From: an uncultured Actinomycetes bacterium
GTDB lineage: Bacteria; Actinomycetota; Thermoleophilia; Gaiellales; Gaiellaceae
Direction: 5' to 3'
NCBI GenBank assembly: GCA_963769645.1
Contig: CAVYMH010000002.1
Span: forward strand, 512,903-576,902
Length of the DNA stretch: 64,000 bases
A program made the position numbers and the translations under genes. The stretch's first letter is position 1. Each line of letters starts with the position of its first letter. Positions 51,571 to 62,327 of this stretch are shown piece after piece. The notes under the pieces were generated by a model. The model ran no database searches. It was given only the letters and a program-made list of their open reading frames with translations, and was not told where the DNA came from.

Positions 51571-53838
51571 GCCCGCGCGACCGCCCGCCTCGCCGCCGTC
51601 CGGCTGCAGACCCGTTCGACGCCCGGCTTCAGCGTCGCCGTCGCCAACGCCAGAAGTCCAGGAAACACAGGGGCCGCAAGCTCGCGATCCTGATCGTCCT
51701 GCTCCTCCTGCTCGCTGCGGCCGCCGGCGCGGTGGCCAGCCTGGGCGGCGCCTCGGAGATCAACAAGCGTTGCGACCTCGACAACCTGCGCCCGGTCGCG
51801 ATCGGTCAGAACACCTTCGTGTACGCGGCCGACGGCTCGTTCCTCGGCACGATCCCGGCGGAGAAGAACCGCACCCCGGTCGAGCTCGCCGCCATGAGCC
51901 CGTGGATGCGCAAGTCGATCCTGGCGATCGAGGATCGGCGCTTCTACCAGCACGGCGGGATCGACGTCGCCGGCATCGTGCGCGCGGCCTGGGCCGACGT
52001 CCGCGCCGGCAAGGTCGTCCAGGGCGGCTCCACGATCACGCAGCAGCTCGTCCGCAACCTCTACATCGGCAGGGAGGTCACGCTCGAGCGCAAGGTCACG
52101 GAGGCGTGTCTGGCGATCAAGCTGAACAGTCGCTGGACGAAGGACAAGATCCTGCAGGAGTACCTGAACCAGGTCTACTTCGGGAATCACGCCTACGGGG
52201 TCGAGGCCGCCGCCCAGACGTACTTCTCGCGCCGCTCTCGCAACCTGTCCCTGAGCCAGGCGGCGCTCCTCGCGGGTCTTCCGCAGGCGCCCTCGGTCTT
52301 CGATCCGTTCAACAAGCCCGAGCGCGCGCTGGCAGCGCCGGAACATCGTGCTGCGCGCGATGCTCGACAACGGCGACATCACCCGCGCGCAGTTCCAGGC
52401 AGCGATCGCCGAGCGCGACCTGGGCCTGAAGAAGGGCCAGCTGTACAAGCGGATCCACGAGCCGTACTTCTTCAGCTACGTCCGGGAGGAGCTGCTGCGC
52501 GAGTACGGCGCCAACACCGTCCGGTCGGGCGGCCTGCGCGTCTATACCACGATCGACAGGCGCTTCCAGAAGCTGGCCCGCAAGGCGATGACCGACACGC
52601 TCTTCTACAAGAGCGACCCCGCGGCAGCCGTGGTCTCGATCGACCCGCGCACCGGCGCAATCCGCGCGATGGACGCGGTGATTCCCGGCAAGAAGGCGTT
52701 GCAGTTCAACCTCGCCGCCCAGTCGCGACGGCAGTCGGGCTCCACCTTCAAGACGTTCGTGCTGGCCGAGGCGATCGAGCAGGGCGCCGACCCGGACTCG
52801 ACCTACTACACCTCCGCGCCCTTCTACTACCGGCCCGATCCGATCGGTGACTGCGACACGAACTGGTGGTGCGTCGAGACGTACGGGAACGACTACGTCG
52901 GCTCGACCTCCGTCTCCTCCGCCACGCTCCGCTCCGACAACACGGTCTACGCACAGCTGACGCTCGACGTGGGGCCGGAGAACGTGGCCGACATGGCGCA
53001 CAAGCTCGGGGTCCAGTCGTCGCTGAAGACTCGCGAGGGCGCGTACGTCCCCTCGCTCGGCCTCGGCGCGATGGGCGTCTCCCCGCTGGACATGGCTTCC
53101 GCGTACGCGACCCTCGCGGCCGGCGGGATGTACTCGCGGCCGATGGCGATCACCAAGGTCGTCCTCCCGGACGGCAAGGTCGACGACGGCGCCGGCTGGG
53201 GCGCTCCGGAGCGCCGCCGGGTGATCTCGGACGGGGTCGCATACGAGGTGACCAAGATCCTGCGCGACAACATCAACAGCGGTACGGGCACCGGCGCGAA
53301 CATCCCGCGGCCCGCGGCGGGGAAGACCGGCACGACCGAGCGCCATTCGGACGCCTGGTTCTGCGGCTACACGCCCGACCTCTCGACGACCGTGTGGGTC
53401 GGCTACCCGCAGGGCGAGATCCCGATGGAGAGCGTGCACGGGATCTCGGTCGCCGGCGGCACCTTCCCCGCGCAGATCTGGCGGCTCTTCGTCGGGCCCG
53501 CCCTCGAGAACAGGCCGGCGCAGGAGTTCGCGCTGCCGAAGCAATGGCCGGTCTGGACTGACTTCGAGCAGGGGCAGTACGCCAACTCCTACTCGGACGA
53601 CGACTACGACGGCGGCACGTACACACCGCCCGCGAGCCCGGAGCCACCGCCGCCGCCGCCTCCGCCGCCCTCGCCGACACCGCAACCGTCGCCTCAGCCC
53701 ACGCCGCAGCCGGAGCCTCCGCCCCCGGCCGAGCCGCTGCCGCCGCCGGAGCCGGTGCCGCCGCCGGAGCCTCCGCCCGGAGAGCCGCTTCCGCCTCCGC
53801 CGCCGGCAGAGCCGCTTCCGCCTCCGCCTCCGCCCTGA
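51567..53838 (+). CDS. class A penicillin-binding protein (transglycosylase plus transpeptidase) with proline-rich C-terminal tail, 1 apparent frameshift at about 52335
   Basis: GT51 motifs EDRRFYQHGGID, GGSTITQQLVRN, RKV.E. Transpeptidase motifs STFK, SDN, KTGT. Tail PPASPEPPPPPPPPPSPTPQPSPQPTPQPEPPPPAEPLPPPEP... Confidence 0.85.
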
Positions 53839-53842
53839 GCCG

Positions 53843-55058
53843 GTGAGGCTCGCCGCGCCGGCGGCAGGTTTCGGCGTCCTCGCCCTCGTGGCGGTGTGCG
53901 CTGCGCTCGCCTGGCCCGACGACTCACCGCTCGTGCCGTTGAACGGCGGGCATCCGGACGGTGACGCTCTGTACGCCTGGGCGTTTCTCGCGGCGCTGGC
54001 GGCAGCGTTCGCCCTCTACCTGCTCGCCCTCGCCGTCTTCTCGCGGCGCTCCTCCCCTCTCCGTGTAGTCGCCACGATCGCGGTCGCGATCCAGCTCGTC
54101 GCGCTCGGCGCGCCGCTGCTCCTGTCCACCGACGCGTGGACGTACTGGTCGTACGGACGGGTCGCCGCTGTCCACGACGCGAACCCGTATCGCGATCCGC
54201 CCTCAGAGTTTCCCGACGATCCCTCGTTGCCGTTCGTCGGCGAGGACTGGCGTGACACCACGTCGGTCTACGGCCCGGCCTTCACCCTTGCGTCCGAGCC
54301 GGTCGCTCTCGTGGCCGGCGAGTCGGATGACGCGGCCGCCTGGATCTACAAGGCGCTCGCGGCCCTCGCCGTGCTCGTCGCAGTCGGACTGGCCACCCGC
54401 CTTTCCCCGCGACCGGTCTTCGCCTGCGCGTTCGCGGGCTGGAACCCGTTGCTCGCCGTTCACTTCGCCGGCGGCGGACACAACGACGCGTGGATGGCGG
54501 CGCTCGTGGTCGGAGCCATGGCGCTCGCCGCGTCCGGGAGGCGGTTCTGGGCGGGAGCGGCGTGGGCCGCTGCCGTGCTCGTGAAGTGGGTGCCGCATCG
54601 TCTTCTTGCCGCTCCGGGCGCTCGAGGCGCGGCGAACCGGACGCCCGATCGACCATCGCGGCTTCGCCCTCGGCGTTCTCGCCCTCCTCGGGCTGGCCAC
54701 GGCGCGCTACGGCTTCGGCTGGCTCGAGGCCTTCGGGCCGCTGGCCCGCAACGCGAACCAGGAGACGAGCTATGCGCTCCCTCACCGCCTGCAGGACCTC
54801 GGCGTTCCGCGCGAGCTCGCAGTCGCCCTGTTCGCCGCCGGTCTCGCGGTCGCCTTCGCGTACCTCGTCCGCGAGGCCCTTCGCGGGCGAGCTCGCCTCG
54901 GACTGGCTGCCTGCGCGCTCATGCTCGCCGCGCCGTGGCTCGTCGTCTGGTACGTCGTCTGGGCAATCCCGCTCGCGGCCGCGGAGGACGACCGCACCGC
55001 CCAGCTCGTCGCGCTCGCCCTCTGCGCGTACCTGCTGCCCCAGACGATCCCGATCTAG
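53843..55058 (+). CDS. GT87/DUF2029-like polyprenol-phosphate-mannose-dependent membrane glycosyltransferase, 1 apparent frameshift at about 54590
   Basis: STDAWTYWSYGRVAAVHDANPYRDPP (GT87 signature resembling S.DVYRY.WDGR...NPY). Multi-TM. The 3' part is in ORF 54606..55058. Only the first about 1.2 kb of ORF 53843..55837 is real. Confidence 0.6.
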
Positions 55059-56464
55059 GGAGGGCTCCGGCGACGAAAGACGAGCACGCCGTCCTCCGCG
55101 AAGACGAGCTGCCAGGCGGGATCCCGCCGCAACCACGCGACCGCCGCCGCCGCCTCGACCGGCGCCACTGCGCGGTCGGCGTAGCTCGGCCGTTTCTCGT
55201 CGACCACGACCCAGTCGGCGTCGTGGCGGTAGGGGAAGCTCAGGATCCTGCGCCGGTCGGAAAGGTGTGCGCCGGGTGCGTTCGAGGCGCTGACCACCGC
55301 TCCGGCCGGGACGAGCGCGAGCGCCCGCTTCGCGATCCGGTCGTGCTCGCCGACGCGCCACACGTCGGCGGCGAGGTCCTCGCCGGCGGGATAGGGCAAC
55401 GGTCCCAGCCACCAGCCCGAGGCAAGCGCGAGCGCGACGGCGCACGTTGCGAGCGGAACCGCCGCGGCCTGACGGCGGCGGACGATCCGAGCCGCACCGA
55501 AGACGCTTCCGGCCACGAGGGCGGGCGTGATCCCCGCGGTGTAGTGGAAGTGGATCGACGTCTGCGTCGGCGCGGAGGAGAGCAGGTTGATCGCGAGCTC
55601 CGGCAGGGCTGCCACGAGCGTGAGCGGGGCCAGCACGACGAAGGCCAGCGGTACGAGCAGGCGGGCGAGATACCCGAGCCCGCGTCCGTCGAAGGCGACC
55701 TCGAGCACACGGAGCGGGTCGGTCAGCGCGGTCTCGACGATCCCGCCGGGCGATCCTCCCACCTCGCCGTAGCGCCGGTAGAAATCCGACTCGCCGTCCG
55801 AGAAGGCCGGGAGCACGGCGAGGATCGCCAGGAGTGAGACGGCAGTGCCTGCGGCGGCGATCGCGAGCCCTGCTCTGCGACGCCCGCGGGCGAGGGCGTA
55901 CCACACCCCGAGGCCGGCGACCACGAGGCCCATCTCCTCCTTCGTCAGGGCCGCGAGGACGGCCACGACGGCGAACGCGACCAGGCGGTCCTCGTCGAGG
56001 TACCAGAACCCGAACAGCAGGAGCGGACAGGCCAGCGCGACGGCGTGGAAGTCGTCCAGGACGAGCCACTGAACCGGCGGATAGAGCAGATAGGCCAGCG
56101 CGAACCCGACCGCCGCGCGCGGCGAGCCGAGGTGCTTGCGAGCGAGCCAGAACACCGGGATCGCGCCGAGCGCGACGATCGATGCCTGCGCGACGAGGAG
56201 CAGCGACGGATCCGGCCAGACGAGCCACAGGGGCGCGAACGCGGCCAGCAGGACGTCGGTGTGCGCGGCGAGCCGCGAAATCTGCTCGCCCTCGAGATCG
56301 GTCATGCGCAGGAAGTCGCCGTGGGCGGTCGACCAGACGACCTGCACCATGTTTCCGAGGTCGAAACGGCCCGAGTTGAAAGCCTCGTGCCGGAGCACCG
56401 CCAACGCCGAAAATCCCACGGCGAAGGCGCCGATCGCGGTCCAGAGCGCGCCGCGCGCTCTCAC
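55055..56464 (-). CDS. DUF2079 domain integral membrane protein
   Basis: 469 aa, about 12 TM helices. Family associated with glycosyltransferase loci in actinobacteria. Confidence 0.65.
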   Translation of the reverse strand: MRARGALWTAIGAFAVGFSALAVLRHEAFNSGRFDLGNMVQVVWSTAHGDFLRMTDLEGEQISRLAAHTDVLLAAFAPLWLVWPDPSLLLVAQASIVALGAIPVFWLARKHLGSPRAAVGFALAYLLYPPVQWLVLDDFHAVALACPLLLFGFWYLDEDRLVAFAVVAVLAALTKEEMGLVVAGLGVWYALARGRRRAGLAIAAAGTAVSLLAILAVLPAFSDGESDFYRRYGEVGGSPGGIVETALTDPLRVLEVAFDGRGLGYLARLLVPLAFVVLAPLTLVAALPELAINLLSSAPTQTSIHFHYTAGITPALVAGSVFGAARIVRRRQAAAVPLATCAVALALASGWWLGPLPYPAGEDLAADVWRVGEHDRIAKRALALVPAGAVVSASNAPGAHLSDRRRILSFPYRHDADWVVVDEKRPSYADRAVAPVEAAAAVAWLRRDPAWQLVFAEDGVLVFRRRSPP

Positions 56465-57522
56465 AGCGCTTCCAGCAGCTCACGCCAGCGGGCGCCGAGA
56501 ACGTCCTCGCTCGCGTGCTCACGGTAGACCGCCAGCCCCCGCCCGCCGATCCGCTCGGCGAGTGCGGCGTCCTCGTCGAGCCTGCGCACCGCGGCCGCGA
56601 GCGCCTCGGCGTCGCCGGGAGGCACGAGCAGCGCGCTCACGCCGTCGGCCAGCAGCTCCCGTGCGGCGGCCGTGTTCGCCGTGACGAGCGGCGTGCCGCA
56701 GGCGAGGGCCTGGAAGGCCTTGTTCGGGATCACCCGGCCTGCCTTGGCCGAGGTGCCGAAGATGCCGAGCGCGCAGCCGGCGGCGTGTAGCTCCCCGGGA
56801 AGCTGCTCGTACTCGACCCACCGCACCCAGTCGACGTTGCGGGGGCGAGCTGCGAGCGCGCTCTCCTGCTGGCCGCTGCCGATCACACGGAACTGGATCT
56901 CGGGCGCGAGGCGCGCGGCCTCGAGCACGGTGTCGAGGCCGTGCAAGGGGATCAGCTTGCCGACGAAGAGCGCGACGAACGGCTCGCGTCGCTGCCAGCC
57001 CGGCCGGAAGATGCGCTCCTCTGCGCCGACGAAGCACACGGCCACCCGCTTGTGCGGGATGCGTGCTCTGCGGGCGAGGTCGTCGGCGCTCGCCTCGGTG
57101 TCGGCCACGACGAGATCGGCTGCGCGGAGAGAGCGACGGTCGATCGCCGCGAGGGAGCGCCCGGCAAGCGACCCGGGGCGAAAGCGCGCGCGATCGCCGA
57201 CCAGCGTGTCCTCGAGAGAGAGGAGCGGGTTGAAGACCACCGGCTTCCCGCGCGCCGCCCTGCGCGCGGCCCACAGGTCGAGGTGCCCGGGATAGCCGAC
57301 GACGACCACGTCGAAGTCGCCGCCGGGCCGTCTGAGGAGGCGCGCCTGTGCGCCTAGCAGCCGGAGTGCCGTGGTCGGGCCGGCGGCCCACTTGTGCTCG
57401 CGTCCCTCCCACACCGAGACGTGCCGCTCCTCGACCTCCACGCCTGCGCGGCGCAGGCAGGAGATCACCTGGGCATTGCGCGGATAGGTGCGCTCGTAGG
57501 TCCCGAAGTAGAGGACTCGCAA
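56461..57522 (-). CDS. glycosyltransferase family 4 (GT-B)
   Basis: 353 aa; LFVGKLIPLHGLD...IPNKAFQALACGTPLV. Confidence 0.8.
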   Translation of the reverse strand: MRVLYFGTYERTYPRNAQVISCLRRAGVEVEERHVSVWEGREHKWAAGPTTALRLLGAQARLLRRPGGDFDVVVVGYPGHLDLWAARRAARGKPVVFNPLLSLEDTLVGDRARFRPGSLAGRSLAAIDRRSLRAADLVVADTEASADDLARRARIPHKRVAVCFVGAEERIFRPGWQRREPFVALFVGKLIPLHGLDTVLEAARLAPEIQFRVIGSGQQESALAARPRNVDWVRWVEYEQLPGELHAAGCALGIFGTSAKAGRVIPNKAFQALACGTPLVTANTAAARELLADGVSALLVPPGDAEALAAAVRRLDEDAALAERIGGRGLAVYREHASEDVLGARWRELLEAL

Positions 57523-57525
57523 GCT

Positions 57526-58479
57526 CTAGCGGAGGATCTCGTCCACGTGTCGCCGCTCGCGCTCACGCTCGCCGGCGCGTTCCTCGTGGAGGCTGCGGAT
57601 CATCTCTCCGAGCAGTCCGAGCGAGAAGAGCTGCAGGCCGACGACGACGAGGAGCACGCCCAGGACGAGGAGCGGACGGTGGCCGATCGCCTCGCCGGTC
57701 GCTTTGACCACGGTCAGGTAGGCGAGGATCGCGCTGCCGGCCGCCCCGACCAGAAGGCCGAGGCCGCCGAAGAGGTGCAGCGGGCGGTGCCGGTAGCGGC
57801 CGACGAGCGAGACAGCCAGGAGGTCGAGGAAGCCGCGCAGGTAGCGCTCGAGGCCGTAGCGCGAGCGTCCGTGGCTACGCGGCCGATGGTTGACCGGGAG
57901 CTCCGCGACTCGATAGCCGCGCTCGTGCGCGAGCACGGGCATGAAGCGGTGGAGCTCGCCGTAGATCCTGAGGTCGCGGACGACCTCGGCGCGGTACGCC
58001 TTCAGGCCGCAGTTCACGTCGTGCAGCGTCAGCCCCGAGACGGCGCTCGCGAGGCGGTTGAAGATACGTGACAGCAGCCGGCGCGACAGAGGGTCCACGC
58101 GCCGGCTCTTCCAGCCGGACACCAGGTCGAAGCCTTCTTCCAGCTTCGCGAGCAGGCGAGGAATCTCGGCTGGATCGTCCTGGAGATCGGCGTCGATCGT
58201 CACGACGACCTCGCCGCGAGCCTGTTCAAACCCCGCAGCCAGCGCGGCGGACTTGCCGAAGTTGCGTCGCAGCCGGACCACGCTGACGTTCTCGTGGGCG
58301 GCGTGCAGGCGCGTCAGGGCGCCGAACGTCCCGTCGGTCGAGCCGTCGTCGACGAACACGACCTCCCACGGTTGGTCGAGCGGGTCGAGGGCGGCCTGGA
58401 GCTCCTCGAAGAGAAGAGCAACGCTCCGCTCCTCGTCGAAGGCCGGTGCCACGACGGAGATCGTGGGCTCGGTCGACAC
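57526..58479 (-). CDS. GT2 polyprenol-phosphate sugar synthase-like glycosyltransferase (C-terminal TM anchor)
   Basis: ISVVAPAFDEE...VVFVDDGSTDGT...VVTIDADLQDDP, with 2 C-terminal TM helices (ArnC/DPM1-like). Confidence 0.8.
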   Translation of the reverse strand: MSTEPTISVVAPAFDEERSVALLFEELQAALDPLDQPWEVVFVDDGSTDGTFGALTRLHAAHENVSVVRLRRNFGKSAALAAGFEQARGEVVVTIDADLQDDPAEIPRLLAKLEEGFDLVSGWKSRRVDPLSRRLLSRIFNRLASAVSGLTLHDVNCGLKAYRAEVVRDLRIYGELHRFMPVLAHERGYRVAELPVNHRPRSHGRSRYGLERYLRGFLDLLAVSLVGRYRHRPLHLFGGLGLLVGAAGSAILAYLTVVKATGEAIGHRPLLVLGVLLVVVGLQLFSLGLLGEMIRSLHEERAGERERERRHVDEILR

Positions 58480-58501
58480 GCCGGTAGCTTAGTGTCGAAC
58501 G

Positions 58502-59696
58502 GTGGCCGATCTGTTGGCGATGGACGATGCGTTGCGGCTCGTGCTCGGGCGTGTAGCGCCACTGGTCGCCGAGCAGGTCGCGCTGGAGGACGCCGCCGGG
58601 CGGGTGCTTGCCGAGGCAGCCACAGCCACGGTCGACCTGCCGCCGTTCGACAGCTCGGCCATGGACGGCTATGCCGTCCGGGCCGCCGACACGCCAGGCG
58701 AGCTGCCTGTCGTCTTTCGCATCGCCGCAGGTCGCCCGGCCCCGGGTCGGCTGGAGCCCGGCGAGGCCATGGCGATCGCCACGGGCGGCGCGGTGCCGGA
58801 GGGCGCGGACGCCGTCATCCCCGTGGAGTATGTTGTCGATCATGGCAACTCAGTCGCAATCGAGGCTCCTGCCGAGGCGGGCGCGTTCGTCCGTCCGCGG
58901 GGCGGCGACGCGCGCCTGGGAGACGCGGTCGTGGCGGGCGGCGTTCGGCTCGGACCGGCTCAGCTCGGGGCCTTGGCGGCCGCGGGAGTGGCGCAGCTCT
59001 CCTGCGCGCGGCGCCCGCGGGCCGCCGTCCTGACTACGGGCTCCGAGCTCCGCTCGCCGGGAGACGAGCTCGGGCCGGGTCAAATCTACGAGGCCAACGG
59101 CGTGATCCTCGCTGCGCAGCTGGCGGCCGCAGGAGCGGTCGTGCGAGCGGCTCGCGCCGGTCGCCGACGAGCCGGCGGCGCATCGCGACGCTCTGGAGCG
59201 CGGTCTGCAGGCCGACCTGCTGGTCACCTCCGGCGGAGTCTCGGTGGGTCCGCACGACCTCGTGCGCTCGGTGGGAGCCGAGCTCGGAATCGAGGAGGTC
59301 TTCTGGCGCGTGGCAGTCAAGCCGGGTAAGCCGCTCTGGTTCGGCGTGCGCGACGGGACGCTCGTGTTCGGGCTGCCGGGGAATCCCGTCTCGTCGCTCG
59401 TGTGCTTCGAGCTGTTCGTGCGGCCGGCGGTCCTCGCCCTGCAGGGTGCCGCGCAGCCCGGGCCGCGCTTCGACTCGGGGACGCTCGGCAGCGCCCTGAG
59501 GCGAAACGAGGCGCGTGACGAGCTCGCGCGTGCCCGCTCGACCCTGGAGGACGGCGCCGTCGTGCTGCGGCCGGTGACGGGCCAGGAGTCGCACATGATC
59601 GTGCGCGCCGCCGAGGCCGACGCGCTCGTGCTCGTGCCGAGAGGCGAGGGCGAGGTCGCGGCCGGCGATCGCGTTCGCTACATCTCGCTGGTCTAG
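58502..59696 (+). CDS. moeA: molybdopterin molybdenumtransferase, about 2 apparent frameshifts (59140 to 59250)
   Basis: LPPFDSSAMDGYAVRAAD...AIATGGAVPEGADAVIPVE, then ORF 59244..59696 GPHDLVRSV...KPGKPLWFG...GLPGNPVSSLVCFELFVRP. An alternative start is ATG 58520. Confidence 0.75.
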
Positions 59697-61651
59697 CCGA
59701 CCGCCGCCCGGCGTGCGGGTCTCTCGCGGCGGCGCAGCCCGACGACGAGGAGCCCGCGGATGAGCTCCCGCACCGGGCCTCGCGGCGGGCGCTCGGCTGC
59801 GGCCGGGTAGGGGGCATAGCGGCCGACGGTCAAAGCCGCGAGCTGCGCGGCCGCGGCCAGCCAGGCGCAGGCGATCAGGAGCGCCGGGGGCTCGACGTAG
59901 CCCACGGCAGCCAGCTTGACGACGTACCACGGTGCGTCGAGCCCGAGCTCGAACCGGCGTGCGAAGGAGGCGAGCAGCAGCAACGGGCCCGCAAAGCCGG
60001 CCACGTAGACGCTCGCTCGCACCCAAGGGGCGCGAGACCTCACCTGCGGGAGCCACAGCCACGCGTGCAGCGAGGGCAGGACGAAGAGCAGGGCGAACGG
60101 GTTCGTGGCGACGACGAGCAAGGCGACCACCGCCAGCGCGAGGAGGGCCGCGGTATGCCCGGCCAGCTCCTCCTCCGGGGTCACCGCGCGACGGGGCAGC
60201 AGCCGGTCTCGCGCGACCAACCAGCCCGCGAGCGCGAGCAAGGCGAAGATGACGAGCGAGCCCATCGGCCACCTCGTAGCGACGGAGCTCTCGGGAGCGA
60301 GCGGTCTCGCCGGGCCGTCTCCCCATCCCCCGAGAAGCGAGAAGGCGACGAAGAGCAGGGCGAGCCAGAACCAGAAGCCGAGCCGGCTGCGGAAGCTTCG
60401 AAGCGCAGGCGCGATCCGGATGTGCCGCCGCCGGCACCGCGCGAACAGGTCGACCGCGGCGAACAGAAATGGCAACAGCGCAGCGACGAGCGAGAGCTGG
60501 ATCGCCCAGCCGCGCACGAACCGAGAGCCGAGGAAGACGTAGCTCTGCGTGCCCTGTGCGAGCTCGAGCCCCTGGTCGAGCGAGCTGACCAGGGCCTGCG
60601 CCGAACGGCCGACCTCGGTCAGCCGCTGCCGATTCAGCCGCTCAGGCGTGTCGGTGAACGACGAGGGCGGACGCGGGCCCGCCGTGGTCAGCGTGATCGC
60701 GGAGATGCCCCGGCCGACGAACGGGCCCTGCTCGTAGAGCGTGAACGGGAAGCCGAGGTCGACCAGCTGCTCGAGCGCGCGGGGACGGACGAGCTCGCGG
60801 CCCGTCTGCTCCAGGACGCGGGCCGCCGCCGTGCGGACGAGTGCCGCGGCCGGCGAGCGGGGCCGGTCTCCGGCGATCTCGATCCTGGGCGGGCCCGAAC
60901 CGGCGAGCGCGACGAGGTTGACCACCGCCACGGTCCGGTCGCGGTAGGGCGACTCGCTGGCGAAGCGGGCCGCGCCGAGCCCTCCGAAGGCGCCGCCGTC
61001 GGTGGACAGGAAGACGAGCGTGTTGGTGGTGCCGATCGCCGGGCCTGCGGCCGAGCCGCCCGCCGTCGTGGCGTACGAGCGGGCCAGCTCGATCAGGGCC
61101 GCGGTGCCCGAGGCGTTGTCGTTCGCACCGGGCCCAGTCCCCGCGTTGTCGCGGTGAGCCATCACCACGATCGCCTGCTCCGAGCGGCCGGGCGACACCG
61201 CGACGAGGTTGACGAGCTCACGCGTGCCCATCCCCGGAATCGACGCCGCGAAGCGGTCTTCGCGGATGCTGAAGCCGTACGGCTCGAGCTGCTCGCGCAG
61301 CCAGGCGGCTGCAGCTCCGGCGCCCGGCGAACCGGGCGAGCGGTCGGGATGCTTGCGTGCGAGGTCGTCCGCGAGCTGGTGGGCCGTGGTCCCGTCGAAG
61401 ACCGGCGGCAGCTGCGGCGCCGGGAGCGGTCCCGGGCGTGCGACCGTGAAGGCCGTCACGAGCAGGGGCAACGCCACCAGGAGCCAGGTGCCGCGGTAGA
61501 GCCGCCCGTTCACCGGACGGGCGAGCGAGCCCGGCCGCGGGCGTCGCCGCTCGACTGGGGGCGGGAGCGCCGGCATCGCCGGGCTATAGTAGGTCGAGTC
61601 CTGGCTATCCACGCGGTCTCTCGTTAGGCGGATGCCCGACTCCTCAACCAT
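59693..61651 (-). CDS. M28 family metallopeptidase fused to a C-terminal polytopic membrane domain
   Basis: 652 aa; VVMAHRDNAGTGPGANDNASGTAALIELAR (M28 zinc site), then about 8 TM helices. Confidence 0.75.
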   Translation of the reverse strand: MVEESGIRLTRDRVDSQDSTYYSPAMPALPPPVERRRPRPGSLARPVNGRLYRGTWLLVALPLLVTAFTVARPGPLPAPQLPPVFDGTTAHQLADDLARKHPDRSPGSPGAGAAAAWLREQLEPYGFSIREDRFAASIPGMGTRELVNLVAVSPGRSEQAIVVMAHRDNAGTGPGANDNASGTAALIELARSYATTAGGSAAGPAIGTTNTLVFLSTDGGAFGGLGAARFASESPYRDRTVAVVNLVALAGSGPPRIEIAGDRPRSPAAALVRTAAARVLEQTGRELVRPRALEQLVDLGFPFTLYEQGPFVGRGISAITLTTAGPRPPSSFTDTPERLNRQRLTEVGRSAQALVSSLDQGLELAQGTQSYVFLGSRFVRGWAIQLSLVAALLPFLFAAVDLFARCRRRHIRIAPALRSFRSRLGFWFWLALLFVAFSLLGGWGDGPARPLAPESSVATRWPMGSLVIFALLALAGWLVARDRLLPRRAVTPEEELAGHTAALLALAVVALLVVATNPFALLFVLPSLHAWLWLPQVRSRAPWVRASVYVAGFAGPLLLLASFARRFELGLDAPWYVVKLAAVGYVEPPALLIACAWLAAAAQLAALTVGRYAPYPAAAERPPRGPVRELIRGLLVVGLRRRERPARRAAVG

Positions 61652-62327
61652 TCTCCTCGTCGACGACGAGGACTCGATACAGAAGCTCCTGACCTATCCG
61701 CTCGAGCGGGAGGGGTTCCGGGTCGTGCCCGCGCGCGACGGCGAGGAGGCGCTGCGGCGCTTCGACGAGGAGGACGTCGACCTGGTCGTCCTCGACTTGA
61801 TGCTGCCGAAGCTCGACGGCCTGGAGGTCTGCAAGCGCCTGCGTGCCTCGAGCTCTGTGCCGATCATCATGCTGACGGCCCGCGACGACGAGCTGGACAA
61901 GGTCCTCGGGCTCGAGCTCGGCGCCGACGACTACATCACGAAGCCGTTCTCGATCCGCGAGTTCCGCAGCCGGGTCCGCGCGCTCCTGCGCCGCGCCTCG
62001 GCTCCGCGCCACGACCCCCGCGGAGCCGGGCCGATCGAGGTGAACGGGCTCAGGATCGACCTGGACCGGCGAGCGGTCGAGGCGCACGGCCGCGAGGTTC
62101 AGCTCACCTACGTCGAGTTCGAGCTCCTTCGCGCGCTCGCCGCCCAGCCCGGCCGCGTCTTCACGCGCCAGATGCTGCTCGAGTCGCTGTGGGGCGACTC
62201 CGCCTACCGGGAGCCGCGCACGATCGACGTCCACGTGCGGCACCTGCGCGAGAAGCTCGAGCGCGATCCGGCCGAGCCCGAGTTCATCCAGACCGTACGC
62301 GGCGTCGGCTACCGCTTCCGCGGATGA
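61632..62327 (+). CDS. OmpR-family two-component response regulator
   Basis: ILLVDDEDSI...DLVVLDLMLPKLDG (receiver), winged-helix C-terminus VRGVGYRF. Confidence 0.9.
   Translation: MPDSSTILLVDDEDSIQKLLTYPLEREGFRVVPARDGEEALRRFDEEDVDLVVLDLMLPKLDGLEVCKRLRASSSVPIIMLTARDDELDKVLGLELGADDYITKPFSIREFRSRVRALLRRASAPRHDPRGAGPIEVNGLRIDLDRRAVEAHGREVQLTYVEFELLRALAAQPGRVFTRQMLLESLWGDSAYREPRTIDVHVRHLREKLERDPAEPEFIQTVRGVGYRFRG

Noticed and set aside
53600-53840. Possible CRISPR-like or tandem-repeat array
   Set aside because: The repeats encode the proline-rich PBP tail, there are no spacer-repeat regularities, and no cas genes are present.
53843-55837. 664-aa ORF taken as a single gene
   Set aside because: Only about 1.2 kb is the GT87-like gene. 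The 3' part is antisense of the DUF2079 gene.
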